Shown here: one piece after another, positions 57,603 through 64,000 of the stretch | Layout of the letters: each line of letters opens with the position of its first letter | Position numbering within the stretch: position 1 is the stretch's first letter | Assembly (NCBI GenBank): GCA_020199905.1 | Contig: JAIVJS010000021.1 | Location: 14,649-78,648, forward strand | Reading direction: 5' to 3' | DNA from: Acidobacteriota bacterium | GTDB taxonomy: Bacteria; Acidobacteriota; Thermoanaerobaculia; UBA5066; Gp7-AA6 | DNA: 64,000 bases | Made by a program: the position numbers and the translations under genes | The notes under the pieces: model-generated | What the model was told of the DNA's origin: nothing | Databases searched by the model: none | What the model saw: only the letters and a program-made list of their open reading frames with translations

Positions 57603-57682
57603 TTTTCGATTCCCGATCCAGTTGACCGCGGAGTACCGCGGCCGTCTCGCTCCCGTTGGTCGCTCGGCTCCCGATTCCCGAT
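57603..57682 (+). repeat. Dispersed REP-like element, copy 4 (inside the mutS2 reading frame)
   Basis: TTTCGATTCCCGATCCAGTTGACCGCGGAGTACCGCGGCCGTCTCGCTCCCGTTGGTCGCTCGGCTCCCGATTCCCGATTCCC. Confidence 0.9.
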
Positions 57683-57979
57683 TCCCGACCCCGTCACCCT
57701 CGTCCCGGCCGGCTCCAGCTCCGACCGGGAAACGCGCATTCTCTTCCCCCCGACGTCGAGCCACGCGCTCTCGGGATCGAGCGACACAATCGTCCCTTCG
57801 ACCTTCATCCCGCGCATGCGGGCCCGGCCGCCTTCCTCGAGGCCTCGCGCCCGCTCCTCGATCTGCTCTCGCGCCTCGACTAAGGCCGGCTCTTCCGCGA
57901 CGGTGCGCTCCGCCTCGGCGACGAGCTGCGCGGCGGACGTCTCGGAGCGGCGGGCGGCGTCCCCGCGGATGGCCGCGAG

Positions 57980-58971
57980 CTCTTCGTCGAGCCGATGGAG
58001 GTCATCGAGGCGAACAACGATCTCGCGCTGCTCGCCGGAGAGGAGCGGCGCGAGGTCGAGCGGCTGCTGACCGGCTTCGGGCGCGCGGTCCTGTCGTCGG
58101 CCGGGGCGACGGAGAGCGCGCGACTCCGGCCGGAGAGACCCGGGTGCAGGCGATAGTTCGGACGCCCGGTCTCCTCGTCGAATTCCATCGCGGCCGTCAC
58201 CGCGTCCGTCCGCCCCGCGGCGAAGTTCTTGATGGCGGAGAGATGCGTGGTGACGATGGCGCGGCCTCCGCGGGCCAGATACTCCTCGAGGAAGGCGACC
58301 GCGAGCGCGCTTCCTTCCTCCGGGTCCGTTGCGCCGCCGATCTCGTCGATCAGTGCGAGGACGCCGGGACCCGACTCCTGGAGGATCGCCGCGAGCGTCT
58401 CCATCGAGGAAGAGAAAGTCGAGCGGTCGGACAGGATCGCCTGCGCGTCCCCGATCTCCGTCCGGATCGCGCGGAAAACCGGCACGCGCGTTCCGCTTCC
58501 CGCCGGGATGGGAATGCCCGACTGTGCGAGCAGCGAGAACAGGCCGGCCGTTTTCAGGACGACCGTCTTCCCGCCCGCGTTCGGCCCGGAGACGACCAGC
58601 ATCCGCTGCTCGCCCGTGAGCTCGAGATCGAGCGGCACCGCCTCGCGGTCGCCGCGATGCTCGTCTAAGACTCGCCGGCGCAACGGCGCGAGACGCGCGT
58701 CGAGCAGCGGGTGCCGCGCGGCGCGGAGGATCCACTCCACATCGTCGGAGATCTCCGGGACCCGTCCCGACGACAGGTCTCCGAACTCGACCTTCGCCTC
58801 GAGGGCGTCGAGCTCCGAAAGCTCCGCGACCGCGGCGGCGAGCGGCCCGGCCGACGACAGGACCGCGCGCCCGAAGCCGGTCAGCAGCCGCTCGACCTCG
58901 CGCCGCTCCTCTCCGGCGAGCAGCGCGAGATCGTTGTTCGCCTCGATGACCTCCATCGGCTCGACGAAGAG
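57980..58971. repeat. 126-bp inverted repeat inside mutS2
   Basis: 57980-58105 is the reverse complement of 58846-58971 (read by eye). Confidence 0.9.
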
Positions 58972-59109
58972 AGGTTTCGTCGCCCGAGGGGACGAGCCCG
59001 GACACGGCCCCGCGGCCGGGCTCCGTGCGGGCGAGGGAAGAGATGAGGCGGAGGACGATGTCGAACTCGAGCGACACCCGATCGGCATCGCCCTCCGCGG
59101 GGGGGATGG

Positions 59110-59316
59110 CTACGGAGTGGCCCGACGCTCTTCCGAGAGCTTGCGAAGCATCTTCTTGCGAGCCTGGATCATCTTGCGTTTGCGCTTCGCGCTCGGCTTC
59201 TCGTAATGCTGGCGCTTCTTCAGTTCCGAGAGGATTCCGGATTTCTCGCACTTCCGCTTGAAGCGCCGCATGGCGTTTTCGAAGGATTCGTCTTCCTTGA
59301 CGTGAACGAGCGGCAC
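59110..59316 (-). CDS. rpsU: 30S ribosomal protein S21
   Basis: [33 protein letters not shown]. Confidence 0.97.
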   Translation of the reverse strand: MPLVHVKEDESFENAMRRFKRKCEKSGILSELKKRQHYEKPSAKRKRKMIQARKKMLRKLSEERRATP

Positions 59317-59360
59317 GTACACTCACCCCCTTCACCGTGGAGTTGATAATCGAGCCGCCC

Positions 59361-59389
59361 ATCTTATGGCCGCCGGATGGGTGAGTCAA
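59361..59389 (-). promoter_or_regulatory. sigma70 promoter of the rpsU-mutS2-dnaG-rpoD operon
   Basis: TTGACT-N17-TAAGAT. Confidence 0.75.
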
Positions 59390-59663
59390 TTGCATGCGTA
59401 CAGGTCATTGCGGGACAGTGATTTAGCCGGCCGGCGGCGAGGCGAAAGCCGCCAGGCGGAGAGGGCGCTGGCCAGTGCGGGTTCGTCGCGAACTCCGTGA
59501 GCGCCTCGTCGCCCGTAATCCGGGACTGACCGTTTGCGGCGTTGGGTCTTCCCATCTCGTTTCGGGGTTCATTACGCCGTTCGCCCTTCGCCCTCTTGTT
59601 CCAGCGCCAATGCTCCCTCTCCAACACCAAACAGTTTGACTCTGTAACGAGCGCGCCCGGATA

Positions 59664-61220
59664 ATGCGCCGAGTGACCGAATCCGAAGACCGACTGCGGA
59701 AGCTCGAATCTGAGATCGAGCGCCGCCTCCTCGAAAGATTTGCGGGCCTGCGGGACGAGTTCGAGCGTCTTCGCCTCGAGTCGGACCGCCGCTGGGAGGG
59801 GTTTCTCTCCCGCTTCGACCAGGACTTCACCGGCCTCGTGCCTCCCGAGCTCGTCGCAATCCCCGAGCCGGAAGCCCCGGCGCCCGCGCCGAGCGACCTG
59901 CCGGATCGGCCCACGGGAGCGGGACTGCTCTCGATCGAGGTCGCGCGCAACCTCGATGACGCGGGCAACCAGGTCGAGGCGCTGCACCGGTTCCTGGAGC
60001 TCTGCCGCCGCCACGCGTCGCGCGCCGCGCTTCTGATCTCCAAGTCGGGCTCGTTCGCCGTCTGGAAGGCGACCGGCTTTTCCGACCACGGCGGCAACGA
60101 CGAAGCGGCGAGGCGAGTCGCGTTCCCCATGGAAGACGGTCCTCTCGCCCGCGTGCTCGAAGGGTCGGCCTTCCGCCTTCCGACCGGCAACGAGATTTCC
60201 GCGCGGCTTGGCGCTTTGGACGCTTCTTCCGCGGTGCTCGTTCCCATGGTGGTGAAGGAAAAAGTCTCCGGCGCCGTCTACGCCGACTGCACGGCGGACG
60301 AGGCGAGCCGCTTCGATCCCGAGTCCATCGCCTTTCTGACTTTTCTCGCGGGACTGTTCGTCGACCGGCTCGCGGGCCGCAAGTTGAAACCCGCTCCCGC
60401 GATGCGCGCGGTGGAAGACTTCAGGCCGCCGGCGGGCGAGCGGGCGCCCTCCGCCTCCGCCGAAGGCGCGGCCTCCCCCGAACGACCTGTCTCCACCGAA
60501 GCCGGTGGCGCCGCCGAAGCCATGTCCGCGCCGGAGCCGCCGGCCGAGTCGTCGCGTCCGCCCGCTCGCGAGTCGTTCGGAACGCAGGTTCTGCGGTTCG
60601 GCGCCTCGCCCCCGCCGGCTCGCCCCGAGCCCGCGCCGGCCGCTCCCGAGCCTCCGAGCCCTTCCGAACCCGAGTTTGCGGAGCCCGACGTCGAGAGCCC
60701 GTCGACCGCGCCGCCGGCGCCGGGCGCCGGGGACATGCGCGCGAAGGAAGAGCCCGAGCCCTCGCTGGCCTACGAGGCGGACGAAGAGCCGGCGCCCGAC
60801 CCGGAGCCGCCCGTGGCACTGCGGCAACCCCCGCCGTCGCCCGAGCCTCCGCCGCGGCCTCCCGTCACTCCGAAGCCCGACGCGCCCCCGGCGCCGGCAT
60901 CGTCGGCGTTCCAGCCGGCCGGCGGCGGAGGCCGCCGCCTGGCGGGTCCCCTGGCGCCCGCGGACGGCGACGAACGCCGCGACGAGGCCCGGAGGTTCGC
61001 GAAGCTCCTCGTGTCCGAGATCAAGCTCTACAACGAGAAGGCGGTGCTCGAAGGCCGTCAGCACGGAGATCTCTATCCGCGGCTCAAGGAAGACATCGAC
61101 CGCAGCCGTCAGATGTACGACGAGAGAATTCCGGAGGACGTGCGGTCGAGCTCCAACTTCTTCTACGAGGAGCTGGTGCGAATCCTCGCGGAAGGCCGCG
61201 CGGAGTCGCTCGGCCTCTGA
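59664..61220 (+). CDS. Hypothetical protein: coiled coil, GAF-like domain, Pro-rich linker, conserved helical C-terminus
   Basis: AVLVPMVVKEKVSGAVYAD (GAF-like); DEARRFAKLLVSEIKLYNE...LKEDIDRSRQMY. Confidence 0.75.
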   Translation: MRRVTESEDRLRKLESEIERRLLERFAGLRDEFERLRLESDRRWEGFLSRFDQDFTGLVPPELVAIPEPEAPAPAPSDLPDRPTGAGLLSIEVARNLDDAGNQVEALHRFLELCRRHASRAALLISKSGSFAVWKATGFSDHGGNDEAARRVAFPMEDGPLARVLEGSAFRLPTGNEISARLGALDASSAVLVPMVVKEKVSGAVYADCTADEASRFDPESIAFLTFLAGLFVDRLAGRKLKPAPAMRAVEDFRPPAGERAPSASAEGAASPERPVSTEAGGAAEAMSAPEPPAESSRPPARESFGTQVLRFGASPPPARPEPAPAAPEPPSPSEPEFAEPDVESPSTAPPAPGAGDMRAKEEPEPSLAYEADEEPAPDPEPPVALRQPPPSPEPPPRPPVTPKPDAPPAPASSAFQPAGGGGRRLAGPLAPADGDERRDEARRFAKLLVSEIKLYNEKAVLEGRQHGDLYPRLKEDIDRSRQMYDERIPEDVRSSSNFFYEELVRILAEGRAESLGL

Positions 61221-61221
61221 T

Positions 61222-63447
61222 CTGATCCCGGCCACCCGTCCTCCCTTCCTCTCTCGGATCCTCTCCCGCTTCTCCCGGTGTTCGCGGTTGCGGGGAAGCC
61301 GCGCCGGCATCGTTCTCGCTCTCGTCACCTCGGTTTTTCTCGCCGTTCCCGGCGTGCGCGCCGACGTTTCGCTGCGGCCGGTCAGCGCCGACTTCGACGC
61401 GGAATTCGCCCGGGCCGCGGACTCTCTCGAAGGCAACGGGTCCGCGGAGGGCCGCACCGTTCTCGAGGAGATCCGCCGCCGTGCCGCGATCGTGCCGGCA
61501 TGGACGGCCCGCGTCGGGCTCCTGCTCGCGGCGGACGCCGTTCGCCGCCGCGATTTTGCCGGAGCGCTTCACGAACTGGATCTCGCTCCCGCCGCCGCGA
61601 TCGGGCTCGAGCCTTACCGGCAGGTCCTCTTCGCCCGGGCCCTCGAGGGAGCGGGGCGGCTCCCGGAATCCGCGGACGCGTGGCGCGCCGCGTGGGAAAC
61701 GGAAGAGCCTTTCGGGATGCGATCGTATGCGGGTCGCGGGCTGGCGCAGGCGCTCGCGAGGCGCGGCGCATCCGGCGATGCGGCCGCGGTCCTCGGCCTG
61801 GTCGCCCGACTGACTCCCGCCGAGGCCGTCGCCGTCGCCCCGGACCGCATCCGGCTCTCGCTCGCCGCGGGCAATCGGCCGTCTGCGGCCGCGGCCGCGC
61901 GCGATCTGGCGCTCTCGGGAGTGGACCCGGCGGGCGCGCCTCCTTTTGCGAGAGCCCTCGTGCGCGAGCAGATCGGAATGCTCTCGCCCGCCGAGCGTGG
62001 CCGCCTCGGACGCTCCCTCGCGCAGGGCCCCGCCTCGGCGCGCGCGATCCGCCTGCTGCGACAGGATCCGCCGTTCGCATGGCCGGCCGAAGAGCGCGCC
62101 GCCAACCTTCTGGCGCTCTCGCGGGCGCTCGCGCGCGGCGGCGATGCGAAGGGCGCGGAAGCGGCGGCGGCGCTGGTTCCGGAAGACGGAACGCTCGCGG
62201 ACTTCGACGCGCGTCTGCTGCGCGCCGACATCGCTCTCGCGGCGGCGCGCCGCCGGCGCAATGGCCCCTTCACCGACGGCGACCCGCTCCTGCCGACGGC
62301 CCGGCGGCCGTTTCTGACGTTGACCGCGTCTCCGGCGCCGGTGTCCGTGCGAATCGGCGCGCGCGAGCGTTTGATCCGCCTCGCGGCCGAGGTCGAGCGA
62401 TTCGACGAGGGCCTCGAACAGGCGCGCAACATCCTGGCGGACTCCCCGGGCTCGACGGTCGGATTCGAGCCGCTCTGGAAGCTCGCGTGGGAAAAGTACC
62501 GCGCCGCCGATTTCCGAGCGGCGAGGCAGGAGCTCGAAGCGCTCGCCAGCGTCTACCGCGACGCGCCGCGCGAGCGCCGGCTTCTCTACTGGCGGGCGCG
62601 ATGCCTCGCTCGCGAAGGGCGCGCGGCCGAGGCGGTGCCGCTCTTCGAGTCGCTCGCGTCCGGCGAGCCCGCCGACGTCTACGCTCTCTTCGCCCGCAAG
62701 CGGGTCCCGGACTACCGCCTCCGGCGCGCGGCGCCTCTGCCCGATCCCTCGCGTGAGACGGCGGCGTTCCGGCGGACGGACGAGCTCCTCCGCCTGCGCT
62801 TCTTCGAAGGCGCGGCCGCGGAGGCGCGTCTTCTTCCGCCGTCGCGGGGGCGGGACCTTCGCCTCGCGGAGGCGGAGTTTGCGCTGGGAAAATTCGCTCC
62901 CGCGGCGGCGGCGGTCAAACGAGCGTTCCCGGAGATCGGCACCGCCGCCGAGGCCCGGGTTCCCGACGGCTGGCGGCGCCTCTACTACCCGATAGAGCTC
63001 GGCGGCTTTCTCGCGTCGGAGGCCCGGCAGTTCCGCCTCGATCCGGCCATCCTGCGAGGACTCGTGCGGCAGGAAAGCGTTTTCGACCCGGACGCCCGGT
63101 CGCGGGCCGGCGCGCTCGGCCTGACCCAGTTGATGCCCGGCACCGCGAAGAGCCTCGCGAAGTCCGTTCTGCGCGTGCGCTACCGGCGGGCCTTTCTCTA
63201 CGACCCTTCGACCAACGCGCGACTCGGCGCCGCCTATCTGCGAAGCCTGTTCGACCGCTTCTCCGACAACCCGCTCTGGGCTCTCGCCGCTTACAACGGG
63301 GGTCCCACGCGGATGGCGAGGGTGCTGCGCGAAAATCCGGGACTTCCCGACGACGAGGTGTTCGAGTCCCATCCCGCTTTCGAGACGCGGGACTACGTCC
63401 GCCGCGTCATGCTTTTCGCGGGCTCCTACCGAGAGCTCTATCCCTGA
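61222..63447 (+). CDS. Soluble lytic transglycosylase with TPR-like N-terminus (start uncertain)
   Basis: LVRQESVF, GALGLTQLMP, NARLGAAYL, AAYNGGP, ETRDYVRRV. Confidence 0.85.
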   Translation: MIPATRPPFLSRILSRFSRCSRLRGSRAGIVLALVTSVFLAVPGVRADVSLRPVSADFDAEFARAADSLEGNGSAEGRTVLEEIRRRAAIVPAWTARVGLLLAADAVRRRDFAGALHELDLAPAAAIGLEPYRQVLFARALEGAGRLPESADAWRAAWETEEPFGMRSYAGRGLAQALARRGASGDAAAVLGLVARLTPAEAVAVAPDRIRLSLAAGNRPSAAAAARDLALSGVDPAGAPPFARALVREQIGMLSPAERGRLGRSLAQGPASARAIRLLRQDPPFAWPAEERAANLLALSRALARGGDAKGAEAAAALVPEDGTLADFDARLLRADIALAAARRRRNGPFTDGDPLLPTARRPFLTLTASPAPVSVRIGARERLIRLAAEVERFDEGLEQARNILADSPGSTVGFEPLWKLAWEKYRAADFRAARQELEALASVYRDAPRERRLLYWRARCLAREGRAAEAVPLFESLASGEPADVYALFARKRVPDYRLRRAAPLPDPSRETAAFRRTDELLRLRFFEGAAAEARLLPPSRGRDLRLAEAEFALGKFAPAAAAVKRAFPEIGTAAEARVPDGWRRLYYPIELGGFLASEARQFRLDPAILRGLVRQESVFDPDARSRAGALGLTQLMPGTAKSLAKSVLRVRYRRAFLYDPSTNARLGAAYLRSLFDRFSDNPLWALAAYNGGPTRMARVLRENPGLPDDEVFESHPAFETRDYVRRVMLFAGSYRELYP

Positions 63448-63485
63448 CGAGGCGCGCGCCGGGCCGCCGGAGTAATCTTCGGCGC

Positions 63486-63911
63486 GTGACGGAATTCCAC
63501 GTCCGGACGAAGAAGAAGATCGAGCGGCGCGACATCACGGATCTGGTCGTCGCGGCCGCCAGGGCGCTTGGCGTGTCGAGCGGCGCGATCCTCGTTTCGG
63601 TGCCGCACACGACCGCCGCGATCACCGTCGGGGAGAACTACGATCCCGACGTCACCACGGATCTCGAGCGGGCGTGGGCGAAGTGGGTGCCGGACGTTCC
63701 TTTCGATCACGAGGAAGGCAATTCCGCCGCGCATTTTCTGTCGGAGGCGATCGGGACGTCGCGCCTGGTGCCGGTCGACGACGGCGAGCCGAAGCTCGGA
63801 CGCTGGCAGGGGATTTTCTTAGTCGAGCTCGACGGTCCGCGGGAGAGGACGATCGAGGTCACGGCTCTCACGGGGTCGGAAAACGGGAAACGGAAAACGG
63901 GAAACGAATGA
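63486..63911 (+). CDS. yjbQ: YjbQ/UPF0047 family protein
   Basis: PHTTAAITVGEN.DPDV..DL, HEEGNSAAH, LGRWQGIFLVELDGPRER. Confidence 0.9.
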   Translation: MTEFHVRTKKKIERRDITDLVVAAARALGVSSGAILVSVPHTTAAITVGENYDPDVTTDLERAWAKWVPDVPFDHEEGNSAAHFLSEAIGTSRLVPVDDGEPKLGRWQGIFLVELDGPRERTIEVTALTGSENGKRKTGNE

Positions 63912-63945
63912 GCGCACGCGCCTGACGCTCGACGCTTCACGCTCG
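63877..63945. repeat. Heptamer arrays overlapping the yjbQ 3' end
   Basis: CGGAAAA/CGGGAAA x4, then CGCCTGA/CGCTCGA/CGCTTCA. Confidence 0.8.
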
Positions 63946-64000
63946 ACCATCCCTTACCCTCCCAGCCAATCCTTCTCCTCGCGCCGCACGTGCGCTTCCC

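Larger units (their letters stand above)
57299..59088 (-). pseudogene. mutS2: Endonuclease MutS2, rearranged and frameshifted
   Basis: SLEFD N-terminus, LFVEP, ARHPLL, SGPNAGGKT, STFS, DEIGGATDPEEG, TTH, KOW-like region and Smr domain (IHGHGTGRLR..GGNGAT) spread over two frames; large segments missing. Confidence 0.85.

Noticed and set aside
60505-63447. 980-aa ORF as a single protein, and other long Arg/Pro-rich ORFs (for example 4953..6479, 46744..48687, 57299..59395, 59364..61457, 61084..63372)
   Set aside because: Shadow or run-through frames typical of high-GC DNA; only the parts matching known families are treated as coding.
1-64000. CRISPR array or cas genes
   Set aside because: No repeats of 25-45 bp with unique regular spacers; the repeats are 7-bp tandems, an 18-bp coding tandem or dispersed elements.

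Overview
GC-rich bacterial DNA. Gene content suggests Acidobacteriota, Thermoanaerobaculia-like (inference only). About 1-25 kb is an accessory copper/heavy-metal region: a CusCBA-type RND pump, a CopA-type P1B ATPase, a CsoR/RcnR-family repressor with a candidate operator, a small metallothionein-like ORF missed by the ORF track, two uncharacterised beta-barrel-like genes, a c-type cytochrome, two paralogous secreted helical proteins and several gene remnants. About 25-64 kb is core genome (cutA, cystathionine enzymes, thiG/panC/panB, ubiA/ubiX, comEA, selB, polA, hutI, divIVA-yggT-yggS, rnhA, tRNA-CAT, rpsU-mutS2-dnaG-rpoD, slt, yjbQ), with many intergenic heptamer arrays and a dispersed REP-like element. 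Main observations: (1) an HMA-domain gene with an in-frame UGA at the first Cys of GMxCxxC (GMD-U-AVC), followed by a SECIS-like hairpin, with selB in the same window; (2) two secreted Cys-motif leader ORFs, each followed directly after its stop codon by a stem that pairs with the Shine-Dalgarno of the first metal-handling gene (CutF/CruR-like architecture, no RAPP motif); (3) two tandem promoter, GNRA hairpin, U-tract units that look like about 45-nt small RNA genes; (4) the REP-like element translated in frame inside MutS2. polA, mutS2 and a nucleotidyltransferase look deleted or rearranged, which may be real decay or an assembly artefact. All family assignments are motif recognition from memory; no database searches were run.
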